The notes under the pieces are model-generated. The model searched no databases. It was not told where the DNA came from and saw only the letters and a program-made list of their open reading frames with translations. Below are positions 50,465 through 63,065 of a DNA stretch of 64,000 bases, piece after piece. This DNA is from Mobula hypostoma (lineage: Eukaryota): positions 12,462,001-12,526,000 of the forward strand of contig NC_086108.1 of the NCBI RefSeq assembly GCF_963921235.1, written 5' to 3'. Positions within the stretch are counted from its first letter, which is position 1. Each line of letters begins with the position of its first letter. A program made the translations under genes and the position numbers.

Positions 50465-50890
50465 GTCCGATGTATCAGTATTACAGCGGAGGAAAGGGAA
50501 TTACAGAGGCATGAAAGAGGAGCAGGCCAAAGTTGATTGGAAAGGGACACTAGCAGGGATGATGGCAGAGCAGCCATGCCTGGAGTTTCTGGGGCAATGT
50601 GGAAGATTAGCAGGGATGATGGCAGGGCAGCCATGGCTGGAGTTTCTGGGGCAATGTGGAAGATGCAGGATAGACACATCACAAAGATGAAGAAGTATTC
50701 TAAAGGGGGAATGAGGCTACTGGAGCTGACAAGAGAAGTCAAAGACAGCATAAATGGAAAAGAGTGGGCCTATAACATCACAAAAATTACTGGGAAATTA
50801 GAAGATTGGGAAGCTTTTAAAAACTAACAGAAAGCAACTGAAAAAAACCAAAAGGGGAGAAAAGATGAAATATGAAGGTAAACTAGCCAA
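50465..50890 (+). mobile_element. CR1 ORF2 fragment containing a 57-bp tandem duplication (50551-50662)
   Basis: 'KGNYRGMKEEQAKVDW'; duplicated 'tagcagggatgatggcag...gcaatgtggaaga'. Confidence 0.7.
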
Positions 50891-51289
50891 AACCTGCTGA
50901 CTGCTGGTACACCACAGGGATGTGTACTCTTTACACCCTTGACTGTGCCTCTGCCAATGCCAACAACTCCATCATCAAATTTGCAGACGACACCACAGTG
51001 ACTGGATTAATTAGAAATAACAATGAAACAGCACAGAGGGAGGAGGTGCAGCAACTCTCTGAATGGTGCAATAACCATAACCTTTCACTCAACATGAGAA
51101 AAAAACTAAGAAATTATTATTGACTTCAGGAAATCACGAGGTATGAACAAGCTCCACATAAACGGAGAAGCAGTGGAAAGAGTTTTCTTTTAATTTTAGA
51201 GTTGTTTAGTTTTAATTCAGTTTCAACTTAGATGACATTCTAAATAACTTAGATGTTATTTTAAATTTAGTTATTGAGTTTTTCGTACC

Positions 51290-53552
51290 CACTTGCTTCA
51301 AGCAAGCTTCAGTCATACCAGTGCCCAAGAACGTGGTGAACTTCCTCAATGACTATCACCCAGTAGCACTTACATCCACAGTGATGAAGCGTTTTGAGAG
51401 CAGGTGATGAAACATCAACTCCTGCCTAAGATCCACTCGAATTTGCCTACCGGAGAAATAAGTTCACAGTAGATGTCATCTCATTGGTTCTTGACTCAAT
51501 CCAGGAACATCGGACAGCAAAGATCCACACATCAGGATTCCTTTATTAACTACAGCTCAGCATTCAATATCATCATCCCTTCAAAGCTAAGCAATAAGCT
51601 GCTAGACCTTGTCATCAAAGCCTCCTCGTGCAATTGGAAACTTGGTTTCCTCACCTGCAGACCCCAGTCAGTTCAGATTGGCAACAACATCTCCTCCACA
51701 AACCTTATCAGCACAGGTGCACCACAGGGCTGTGTGTTTAGCCCCCTGCTCTACTCACTTTGAACTTACGACTGTGTGGCTAAACACAGCTCCAATGCTG
51801 ATAACACCACTATCAATGGCCGAATCAAAGGCGGAATGAAACTAAAATTCTAGCTAGAGATGTCACAATAATAACATCTCACTCAGTGTCAGCAAGACCA
51901 AGGAACTGATCATAGACTTCAGGAGGAGGAGTCTAGAGATCCATGAGCCAGTCAGGGGTGGAGATCATCAGCAACTTTAAATTCCTCACTGTTATCATCT
52001 TGGAGGAATTGTCCCTGACCCAGCACATAAGTATAATTACAAAGAAAGCCCAGCAACACATTGTGACGATATCCTGAGTTATTCATTATGGACTGTGCTT
52101 TTAAAAAGAGAGAGAGATTGTGCAGCTGTACAGCACAAAGAACTTGTTATTGAGAGAGAGAGAGAGAGAGGTGAACACTGCTCACAGTTTGTTTGGAATT
52201 TCTGTGAGGACACTGCCAGCTTCTGAGTTCCTACAGAGGGAGAAGGGAGGAGCTACTTGATGGACAGCTGGTGTTCAGCACAACAGTATTTAAACCAGCG
52301 TTATTGCTTGTTTTACAGCACACACAGATGCACTAAGGTGTGGTGAAGTTACCACTATCCTGTTCAGGTGCCCACAAGTGTGGGACTGAGGATCAATTCT
52401 GAGGGATCGATCTGTGATTATTGGTGCGTGAAAGAGCGACCCTGTGCAGTCCATCAGTGTGTCTAACCGTTGCCTGTATCGGTAGACTATCACTTGAAGA
52501 CAGTGCTCTTAAGTTGGTCAAGTTTGACTAACTTGGAAGTTTCAGAGGACAACGGGAAGAATCGACGGCATCGGTTTACTCGGACAACCACAACACCTCT
52601 GTCTCCATCACTACTCAACTTAATACCACAAACTGAACTGATTCCCTTTACCCATCATCGGAAGACTGTATCCATTTACCCCCTAGGCTTGAAGAAGTTT
52701 GGTTTTTATATTTCCATGCTTATGTATATGCATGAACTTTGCTAACCTGTTTGATTTATCTGATTTTATATGACTGCATTGCGTAGTTACTAATAAATGA
52801 GCATTAGTTAACAGCAATACCAGACTCTAAGGTGTTTTCCATTTCTGCTGGTTCTTTAACCCGTCACGGGGTACATGACAATGTCTACTTTCTTCGGAGC
52901 CTGCAGAAATTCAACACGACATATACACCTTCAACAACTTCTGTAGATGTATAGTGGAGGGTATATTGACTGCCTGCATCATACCCTGGTATGGAAACAC
53001 CAATGCTCCTGAACAGCAGTGAATACCGCTGAGTCCACCATGGGTAATGCATCTACATGAAATGCAGTCGCAGGAAAGCAGCCATCCATCATGAGACCCG
53101 CACCATACAGGACACTCTCTATTCTCACTGCTGCCATCAGGAAGAAGTTACAGGAGCCTCAGGACCCACACCACTAGGTACAGGAACAGTTATTACCCTC
53201 AATCATTAGGCTCATGAACTAAGAAGTTAACTTCACACAACTTCACTTGCCCCATCATTGAAATATTGACACAATGGATTCACTTTCATGGACTCTTCAT
53301 CTCATGTTCTTGATATTTAATGCTTATTTATTTATGTTATTATTTCTTCTTTTTGCATTTGAACAGTTTGCTATCTATTGTACTCTCTGGTTGAACCCCT
53401 AGTTGGGCAGTCTTTCATTGATTCTGTTATGGTTATTAGTCTATAGATTTGCTATGTATGCCCACAAGAAAATTAATCTCAGGGTTGTATACGTAATATA
53501 CATGTAATATGACATATATGTAATTCGATAATAAATCGACTTTGAACTTCAA
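51290..53552 (+). mobile_element. Degenerate Rex1/Babar-type LINE split by a solo LTR
   Basis: '[15 protein letters not shown]', '[16 protein letters not shown]'; ttgaact tail. Confidence 0.8.
52062..52880 (+). mobile_element. Solo LTR (TG...CA, 819 bp), related to 3598-4428
   Basis: acat|TGTGACG...CATGACA|atgt; shared 3' end 'gtgttttccatYtctgctggtt...gtcacggggtacRtgaca'. Confidence 0.8.
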
Positions 53553-53629
53553 ACCTTAGTAACTGCATTGTCAGAATGCTGTTTTGCACTAAATGGCATA
53601 GCACTGCTATTTCATTTGTCCTGACCAAT

Positions 53630-53955
53630 TACAATAAATAAATAAAGGCATTTGTTAGCCTTGCAAGACCATGGATCTGCACCTGGAAAGTCTTCACTCT
53701 CCAGGGCACAGGCCTGGGCAAGGTTGTATGGAAGACCAGAAGTTGCCCATGCTGCAAGTCTCCCCTCTCCACGACACCAATGTTGTCCAAGGGAAGGGCA
53801 TTAGGACCCATACAGCTTGGCACCAGTGTCGTCGCAGAGCGCTGTGTGATTAAGTGCCTTGCTCAAGGACACAACATGTTCCCTCAGCTGGGGCTTGAAC
53901 TCACGACCTTCAGGTAGCTAGTCCAATGCCTTAACCACTTGACCACGTGCCCACA
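53630..53955 (-). mobile_element. tRNA-derived SINE (copy of the 23328 family)
   Basis: Collinear reverse complement, with (ttta)n tail. Confidence 0.8.
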
Positions 53956-53959
53956 CAAG

Positions 53960-55752
53960 GAAGCTCTAATTAACTAAAAATCAAAGATAATACCAAAAGA
54001 TTTGTTTTCAGATGCATAAAGACTAAAATAGAGGTGAGAGTAGATATCGGACCACTGGAAAATGACCTGGGGATGTATCAGTGGGGGACAAGGAAATAGC
54101 AGATGAACTTAAAATGCATTTTGCATCAGTCTTCACTAAAGAAGATGGCAGCAGTGTGCTAGAAGTTTGAATGTCAGGAGCAAATGTGAGTGAAGTTGCT
54201 ATTAGTAAGGAGAAGATGCTTGGGAAGCTGAAAGGTCTGGAGGTAACTAAGTCGCCTGGACCAGATAGACTACATACAAGTGATCTGAAAGAGGTGGCTG
54301 AAGAAATTGTGGAGGCGTTAGCAATGATCTATCAAGAATCACTACATTCTAAAATGGTTCTGGAGGACTGGAAAATTGCAAATGTCACTCCACTCTTCAA
54401 GAGGGGTGGGAAGCAGAAGAAAAGAAAGTACAAACCAGTTAGTCTGACATCAATGGTTGGGAAGATGTTTGAGTCCATTATTAAAGACAAGGTTTTGGGG
54501 GACTTAGAGGTGCATGATAAAGTAGGCCAAAGTAAGCACTATTTCCCTAAGGAGAAATCTTGCCCGACAAATCTGTTGGAAATCTTTGTGGAAATAACAG
54601 GCAGGATAGACAAAGGAGAGTCAGTAGAGGTTGATTTTCAGAAGGTCTTTGACAAGGTGCCACACATGAGCCTGTTTAACAAGATAACAGTCTGTGGTAT
54701 TATAGGAAAGATATCACCATGGATAGAATGTTGACTGACTGTTAGGAGGAAAAGAATTGTAATAAACATAGCCTATTCTGGTTGGCTGCCAGAAACAAGT
54801 GGTGTTCTGCAGAGGTCCGTATTAGGACTGCTTCTTTTCATATTATATAGCAGGTCAATGATTTGGGTGATGGAATTGATGGCTTTGTGCTCAGGTTTGC
54901 AGACAACATGAAGATAAGGCAGGTTGTGTTGAGGAAGCAGACTGTCTGCAGGAAGACACAGTCAGATCAGGAGAATGGGTAAAGAAGTGGCAGATGGAAT
55001 ATAGTGGAGCGAAGTGGATGGTCATGCACCTTGTGGAAGGAATAAAGACGTAGAGAAAATGGGGAGAAAACTCAAAATTCAAAGGTGCAAAGGGACTTGA
55101 GAATCCTTGTGTAGGATTCCCTAAAGGTTAATTTGCAGACTGAGTCTGTGGTTGGAAGGCAAATGTAATGTTAGCATTCATTTCAAGAGGACCAGAATAT
55201 AAAAGCAATGATGTAATGCTGAGGCTTTCTAAGGCAATGGTCGGACCGCACTTGGAGTACTGCGACCAATTTTAATCCCCTTATCTAAGAAAAGATGTGC
55301 TGTCAATGGAGAGGGTCCAGAGAAAGTTCGCGAGAATGATTCCAAGAATGAAACAGTTAACCCATGAGCATCGTTTGATAGATCTAGTCCTACACTCTGT
55401 GGAGTTTAGAAGAATGATGGAGGAAACTTATTGAAAACTGTTGAATACTGAAAGGACTAGACAAATGGATGTGGAGAGGATGTTTCCTAAGGTGGTGGAA
55501 TATAGGACCAGAGGGCACAGCTTCAGAACAGAGGGACATTCATTTAGAATGGAGATGAGGAGGAATTTATTTAGCCAGAGAGTGGGGAATCTGTGGAATT
55601 AATTGCCACAGACAGCTGTGGAGGCCAAATCAGTGGGTATATTTAAAGCAGAAGTTGAGAAGTTCTTGGAGTTGAGAGGTATAAATTAGCCATGGTGGAG
55701 CAGACTCGATGGGCTGAATGGCATAATTCTGCTCCTATGTTGTATGGTCTTA
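53960..55752 (+). mobile_element. Degenerate CR1 LINE (RT to 3' end)
   Basis: ORF 54171-54734 'KSPGPDRLH...WKIANVTPLFK...DFQKVFDKVPH'. Confidence 0.9.
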
Positions 55753-55871
55753 TGGTCTACATCAATGGTGTTCAAGTTAAGAGGGCTGAAATCTTCAGGT
55801 TCCTCGATGTGAACATCATCAATAGCTTTGCCTGGTCTAACCATGTTATCTCTACAAAGGAAGCTCACCAA

Positions 55872-56120
55872 TGTGAGTATTTAATGTTTAAATAAGATTT
55901 GAGTAATCTTGTAAAAATATTGTTGTGATTAAGCATTCTTTGTTGTTTAAATAATTCATTCTGAGTTAAACGTAAAAATACGTGAATTCCATACATCATC
56001 TTGCTACCACATGATACATGCATGCCTCACCTAAAGTAAACACGAAGTTAGACCAGCATTTTTGCACTTCCATATTTTCCTTTGAATTAGTTTAATTTTT
56101 TGAAGTTATGAAACATAACA
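55872..56120. mobile_element. Short solo LTR (TG...CA, 249 bp) with 5-bp TSD ACCAA
   Basis: ctcACCAA|TGTGAG...ATAACA|ACCAAcatt inside a Rex-type LINE fragment (55753-56255). Confidence 0.8.
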
Positions 56121-56539
56121 ACCAACATTTCTAGTTCCTCAGGAGGCTAGCGAAATTTGTCATGTCCTTGTCACATCTTACTAATTTTTATTGATGCACC
56201 ATAGAAAGTATTGTGTCGGAATACATAACAGCTTGGAATAGTAACTGCTCCACATGCCCTGGGTATATAAAATAGCACATGGAAGGGGCTGGCTCTCTTC
56301 TTCCTCTGTTTAAGACATGACCATTAGGAAGGTATGCTCTGAACACACTTTCAACCAAGTATACTTGTTGAATGTACACATGTCTGTTGAGTATTGGGTT
56401 CTACAGTGTCTGGAACTTGGGGAACATGAATGTTTGGTTGAATTTTTACTGTCTGTAAATGAATGATTAATATACCTATTCGAAGCCAATGCATTTCCTG
56501 TCTCACTTGCCGGACTCACAAATCTGTTTCAACATTACA

Positions 56540-57530
56540 GACAGGACAATCTCAGGCCACATGACCTACCTCGCCATACTGGTAGCAGAGATGGCACGCG
56601 GCGGGGTAAGGGCAGCGCTGGTCGGAGTTGTCTCACAGGCTCCTCCTCTTCAGTTTCCTCCTCGGCCTCGGTGTCACAAGCTCGGGCTGTGGTATGCAGG
56701 GTGATGCCTGAACGCCTTGTAGGGCTAGAATTGCCTCTGCCCTCTCCGTTTCTGCCAGCGCCTCGGCTAACGATGACAGTGATGTCAGGTGAACGCGCTG
56801 CCAAAGGCACTCCAGCATCAGCGCCTTTACAAAGGCGTAGAGGGCAAGCTGTTCCTAGGCCGCAGGAGGGAACTGGGGGGGGTAGCCATGCAGAGTATGG
56901 TGGCGGAGATCTGCTGCAAACGCCCCGAGGCTTTCTCCCAGCTGCTGCTCAGTTCTTCCCTCATTGCTTCCTCCAATGGCCTTGCTCGAAACACTGTTCT
57001 GCTGGTGTTAGGTCGAGGAGGGGACAGAGGACAACACCCTCCAGTGCCAGGGCAAGGAGCACCGTCATCTCAGTGGGGCTCCACCCATTGTGCCTCGTGG
57101 CAAGTTTGACTTATGCCAGGTAAGGCTCCAGGCGGCTGGCACCATTGTATCTGGGGAGATACAGGGTGGACTTCGTGTGAATTGCTGAGGCCCATTGGTC
57201 TTCCTCCTGCTCCAGCGGTGTCGGTGCTGCCTGCCATGTTCCCCATCCTCCCACAAGCTGCGGCATCTTATGTTCTCCAGTGCAGGCCACGAGGGAGGTG
57301 GGTGACACACTCCACTGTTTCCCCCTGGGTTGGGGGGCATGGGCGTGCTCGCCCCATCGGGGTTCCTGGGGAAGGTGCAATGTTTGGTTCCCAGGTCCCC
57401 CCTCTAGGTCAGCGTCCCATTTTCGGGATCCCAGCCTTGGGGTGCAGGGGACGTTTACTGCTCTGTCCGTTGACTTATTCCCGGGTCTGAAGGTGCTCCA
57501 TCCAACGTCATAGCTCCTCAATCTTGCCAT
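56540..57530 (-). pseudogene. Decayed Gypsy/Ty3-type gag
   Basis: 'LPRYNGASRLEPYLA*VKLATRHNGWSPTEM..LALALEG', 'GESLGAFAADLRH...GYP', 'LALYAFVKAL', 'SLAEALAETERAEAILA', zinc knuckle CYQYGEVGHVA*DCP; stops and frameshifts. Confidence 0.8.
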
Positions 57531-57533
57531 CAA

Positions 57534-57889
57534 TTTCTACTACCAATATGATGAGCATTTGGTCCATGATGACAGGCAGGAAAAGCTCAGATAACTCAAC
57601 AGCCATTTTTATTGCAATAAACACAAAAATAGACCGGGCGTTATGACCCGGGGGGAGAACCCACTCAGTCAGACACAGACGGGGGTGGTGATAATTACAC
57701 AGTCAGGGTGACCCACAAACACACAAACAAATAAATGTATAACCCGCGCTAAAATGTGACAGTAAAAAAGCTTGAATATCCCACCACAATCCCACAAACG
57801 CATTTTAAAACAAGAACAATATATAATGTTGCTCATTAGGAGGTTATCAAACACACCACATACCGCACCCCCCCCCCCAGAGCACCACA
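57534..57889 (-). mobile_element. 5' LTR (57547-57889) and primer-binding site of the Gypsy element
   Basis: Minus strand TGTGGTG...AATAAA...CATCATA, followed by T TGGTAGTAGAA (PBS-like), then gag. Confidence 0.65.
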
Positions 57890-57899
57890 ATACTATAAA

Positions 57900-58580
57900 G
57901 ACCCTTGAGATTTGTCTACTTACAGGCAGCCACGAAACAAAGAAACCCATTAGAAACCATAAAAAAACAGACCATCAAACACCTACTGTGCAGAGGGAAA
58001 AAACAAGTTGCGCAAACAATAAAAGTGAGTAAATAACATCCAGGACTGAAGTTCAGGAAAGTGAATTCACAGCCACGAGCCAGTCGTCACTGCAGCCGGC
58101 CCAGGGGCCCGTTCGTTGCAGGCCACAAGCCTCAGTTCAGCACAGAGACAAGAAACCTTGTGGAGCAGTGAGCTGAACCGCCCCAAAAACCCAAACTTTC
58201 CAATTTGGCCCGGTGCTTAAATCAATCGAACCTCAGGACTTTCCTCACTCTCAGGCCCGGGCTCCACCTTGGTTCTGCCACTTTGAGTCACCTCCAGGTC
58301 TGCTCCAGCAAAAGCCAGATGTCGGCTCATTCCTCAATCTCGTGCCCAGGCCCCAGCGCCTCCATTTGGCACATACTCGCCACGCCACAACCGTCCTGCA
58401 CCTTCGAGACTTCCGTTCACACAGTAAAAATGCCAGGTTGTACCAAAGCTCAACTCCAAAAGGGAAGTTACAGGCTATTGGTTTACCACAGCAAATGTGA
58501 TGGATAAAGTAGTTAGTAGTTCTCTCTGTTTTGTTTGCTGCTGGCAAATAGTCGCTTCACTTCATCAGCACCATCTTAAA
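57900..58580 (-). mobile_element. Non-autonomous retroposon (related to fragment at 1-310)
   Basis: 'ccttgagatt...acttacaggcagccac' 3' region and 'gcaccatctt' head. Confidence 0.55.
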
Positions 58581-58789
58581 CAGAAAGCACTGTGTACTGT
58601 GTAATGATTTGATTTGTATAACCGTTATGCAAGACAAACTTTTCACTGCATCTTGATACATGTGACATTAATAGACCAATTCCAATTCAAATAACCATAC
58701 AAATACTTTAGACAAAGACAACAGAGATTAATATCCTGAAATTACATGAGCACATCTTGAGTTTCATTGCCTAATGGTGCTGATGCTTT

Positions 58790-59352
58790 ACAATAGTTCA
58801 ACTAAGATAAAAATGTTTCATTTGTACTCAGTGTCTGAGGCTTTTTGCTTAAGTGTCCAACAATAATCAGCCAGCATTAATGGATTCCAGTTGCCCTGAT
58901 ACCGTTTCTCCATGACCACAATGTCAGGGTGAAACCTTTCACCATGCTCGTCACTGACGGCACCAAGATTGACGGGAAGAAGTCTAAATGGGAATGCAGA
59001 AAATGAATCTTTAGTGACATGCTGCACTTCATGTTATCAACCAGCTGTACGTAGTTTGGTGCTCTGTAGTTGCCACGAAAGTTTTCAACACCATCCTTGA
59101 ATGCCTTCCATGCGATTTTCTCCGGTTCCACTGGAAATTGTTTGAATTGCCTGTCATTGATGACCTGTTTGATTCGTGGACCAACAAAAATGCCTTTCTT
59201 AATCGTGGCATCAGTTAATCTGACTAAATTATGAATTGAAATAATAAATATATGCATTTTTAATGGTGTGTAATAGGGAAATTTCATGGTGATTTTGGGT
59301 GCACAAGATACACCCAAAAGCATTCAAGAAGCAAAATCGTTGTTGTCCAGTG
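58790..59352 (-). mobile_element. Internally deleted Chapaev3-like DNA transposon
   Basis: 'IKKGIFVGPRIKQVI..EKIAWKAF..NF.GNYRA.NY..LV', 'MSLKIHFLHSHLDFFP', 'NLGAVSDEHGERFH.DI..MEKRYQG.WN..MLADYCWTL'; terminus CACTGGACAACA. Confidence 0.7.
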
Positions 59353-59771
59353 TGATTATTCTGTGTCAATGATTGTTTACTCCTGGAATATTCAGGATTG
59401 AAGATGGTGAATCTACTCATTACTGCCTGCTCGCGTCACCTAGTTCCACCTCCCAAATCTGCAGACAAATGTATCCTTTCATTATTGATGCTGGCCTAGA
59501 AATGCTGCCAAAGGAAAGATTTGAAGAGCACACAGAGACTGAACAAGATTGTTTGCTCAGGAGGGAGTATGATGGATGTTTTCTGCATAGTGTGATCGCA
59601 GTTACTGCTGAAACCCCCTTTGGCCCAGTTACTCTCTGCATACAAAAGGCAGACAGCAGCATTTGAAACAGTTAGGGACTGGTCCAGCTGGTGCAAAGTT
59701 CTGATGTATGCACACACAAATGTGCAGAGTGTCACGCGCATTCAAAACCACAACTTCTTCGGGAGTGGAGT

Positions 59772-61435
59772 TTAAGGTGGCAGCAGAGGGCGACTTCTCC
59801 TGACTCATCTGCAAAACATCTTAAATTCCTTTCTTTAATGTCTCTTATTTCCTTTTCCAGGGTGGCTGGGGTCCTGTCGAAGATCTACAGCTGCACCCAA
59901 ACTCCGGTTCTTCAAGTCAGTTGGTTCCTGCTTTTGGAGCTCGCCAGGCAGCCCAGCGTTCTCGATATCTTCAGGAACAACTTGGAAGATGCGCACCTCC
60001 GAGATGCGGCCTTGTTCAGACCGATGGACAACCAATTTCTCACCGGTATCACTAACTGAACCATCGCAGGAGATCAGAACATCATGACAGTGGGTACAGC
60101 TGTCAGAGGCCTCTGCATTGGAGTGATATCGATCTATCTATCTCCCTCTCACTCGTTTTTATTCCTCTCTCATTCTCCCTTTCTCACTCACTCTCTCTTT
60201 CTCTTTCTCACTCACATTCTCTCTCTCCCTCTCACTCATTCTCTATCTCGCTCTTTCTTCCTCTCTCTCCTTCTCTCTCATTTATTTTCTCTCTCTCTCT
60301 CTCTCTCTCTCTCCTTCTCAATGGTGGGAGAGAGTTTGCTGACGATTCTTGAGTTGGTAGGAACCAGAAATAAAAATGATGCTGCAGACTGTAACATCAA
60401 AGCAGCAAGCTGCTGGACTCGCCTCTCGCTGGAGCAGGAACGATACCTCTCGCTCCCTTGTTAGTGAGAGATAGAGAGAGCCTGTGGCATATCGAATTGT
60501 TGGGTGAGCAGTTGGTTTTGATGGATTGCAGATCATGGTCTCCCTGGGGGCTTGTGTACGGGGTCTTTTTTCGTATGTTAAATTTAAAATGGCTTCTTTG
60601 TTATGTTATACTGGGGAATGCTTCTTTGTTATGTTCAATGCTGAGAAAGTCTCTAGCTTGACATTTGCTAGGGTTAATACAGATAACAGGGAGCTATTAG
60701 CCAATGGGTGTTCATGTTATCATTTCTTCAGGTGATAATGCTGTCTCATATGACTGGGAACGGGGGGTTTTGGCGAGGAGTCGGAGGAGAGACGGGGAGG
60801 ACGGTGGACGGGGTTTTTAGCGAGGAGTCGGAGGAGAGACGAGGAGGACGGCGGAGAGACAGGGAGGACGGCGGACGTGCGAAAAGGCTCTGGTCGATCA
60901 CTCCAGGTGGTCCTGAGCCGTGAGTCGACAGGATCCGGGTGGACGTCAGGAATTTATTGAGCTCCAACGGTTGTGCACGAAGAACTTGGACTTTGATAAG
61001 TTTGGCGCCTTTTTTTTCCATTACTTCCTTTTCTGTATCGAATTTATATTAATTTCATAGACTTAGTAATATCTATAAAGTGTACTTGGTAAAACGTACT
61101 GGGTGTGCTGGCTGACGATTGATGTTTGGGATTGATTTAGGCGGCAATGGTACAGCAACCGACTCCGTGGGAAGCGTTCAGGCAGGTGCTGGGTGGGATT
61201 TCCCCTAGACATATACGAGTCAATATAACTGAGCGTTACACCTGTATAGTGGGTGGTGGGGGGGCTGGAACAAGGGGGGGGAGGAGGAGGGGGAGAGTCA
61301 GTTCTTTGCTGCTGCTGCCAGTGTGTGAGGTTCCAACGTTTCTCTGTCATTCATTCTTTGGTTTTGTCAATGTCTGTGAAGAGTAAGAATTTTAGGTTAT
61401 ATGTTGTATACACTCTCTGATATTAAATGGACCCA
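59772..61435 (+). mobile_element. Non-autonomous retroposon of the 14170-14962 family, with (ct)-rich expansion 60140-60318, split by a solo LTR
   Basis: Collinear with 14170-14962 on both sides of 60555-61240. Confidence 0.7.
60555..61240. mobile_element. Young CpG-rich solo LTR (686 bp)
   Basis: cttg|TGTACG...CGTTACA|cctg; internal direct repeat gaggagtcggaggagagacg x2. Confidence 0.75.
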
Positions 61436-62159
61436 TTTGCACACAACAATGTAGAAACAGCAAACTGTTCTACATGGAAGTGTAGACTCTCTGGACAATC
61501 GTATGTTGTAGGGGGAGCATGTGAAGCTGCCGCAGGTAATCGGGCCCTGGTGAATATTGGAGATGGCTATGGAGACTAGACATTTACGTGCATTTTCAGC
61601 CTATCACCCAGAAACCAATCAATATGGTTGGCCTCTCACCAAGAAAGATTTTAGCCGAAAAATTCCAGTCTTCCCTCCAGCACCAGACTCCCAACTAGAG
61701 CTCAGGTAGGGACAGGAAACACTCAGTCCCACTAAAGCAAGCTTTTGGACTCCAGTAAGGTCCCAAAGATCCGCGCTAACACGTCTCCACAGGGATAACA
61801 GCTGTGCAGAGCCAGCAAGCAGGCTGGCAGCACCGAGGTGCAGCTGTGCCCAACACACACACATGGTACCCAGGTACCAAGTTCCAGTCTCCTGGCACGC
61901 TGGGTGGCAAGAGGGCCGGAGACCTCAGGTACTACTGGGATTTGGATCAAATCCGGCACAGGGCACCAAAAATCCCATGACATCAAGTGACACGATTTCT
62001 GACCATGGAAATCAAGATGAAGGCAGAAAAATTAAACGGTATCTTGTACCAATCTCAATTATAGAAGAACAAGCAACACAGCAGAAATAACCATAAATTA
62101 AGAATTAATAGGGATAAACATAGGAATATTATACTCACCAGGGCAATGGATCTGAAAAA

Positions 62160-63065
62160 TTCAAAGGATTCAAAGAACATTTATTACCAAAGAGAGTATG
62201 CAGTGTACAACTCTGGATTAGAAACATAGAAACATAGAAAACCTACAGCACAATACAGACCCTTCGGCCCACAAAACTGTGCTGAACATGTCCTTACCTT
62301 AGAACTACTTAGGCTTACCCACAGCCCTCTATTTTTCTAAGCTCCATGTACCTACCCAGGAGTCTCTTAAAAGACCCTATCGTTTCCACCTCCACCACTG
62401 CCACCGGCAGCCCATTCCACGCACGATTCATCTTCTCCACAAAAAGCCATGAAACAGGAAGAAACATGGAACCGACTTGTCAAAGAAAAAAATCATCAAA
62501 CATCAATTCAACCCTCACCCATGGACAAAAAAAAATTCATGCAAACAGCAACAAAAAAATGAGAGAAAACACAGGATATAAAACATAGATCAAAAGGCAT
62601 ATTCAGTTTCTTATCTGCAGGCCACCCCGCTCAAACTAGTAACAGAAAAAGTAGCAACCAGAAAGCAGAAGCAGACCATAATATGAACTACAGAGTTCAA
62701 TCTACAAACCGCATCAATTAAATCTTGCGCCGGTACCATCCTCCGACAGCATTGAGAGATCATTTGAACGCTGGGGCCTTCACCTCAGAGCAGTGAGCAA
62801 GAGGGAGGAAAAGAGAGAGGCTGTTATATGCAGAATCCTTCTCTGGCAGCGGTGGGTGAGAAGCTGGTAGACAGCGCTGAACACTTGCTCACCCTCTATG
62901 CCCACCTCAATGATTTCAATCTTTCTTGGCGCTTCAGTCTTTGAGACTGGTGAGAGATGGAGTTGGTCATAGTCTTGTGTCCCGGCTCCTGACTTTCCGG
63001 CCCCTGTGCCATGCACTTCACTCACAGTCTTGTGGATCCCTTTAAGAAACAGCAAATTGCCAGAT
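62160..63065 (-). mobile_element. Non-autonomous retroposon interrupted by a CR1 3' end (62220-62422, (ttctatgt)n tail)
   Basis: Homologous to 22313-23145 and 1322-2010. Confidence 0.6.

Noticed and set aside
56671..57513. Plus-strand GC-rich ORFs or CpG-island promoter
   Set aside because: Antisense shadows of the minus-strand gag remnant
59373..59666. 97-aa ORF in unique sequence
   Set aside because: No ATG start, convincing splice pair or recognisable motif
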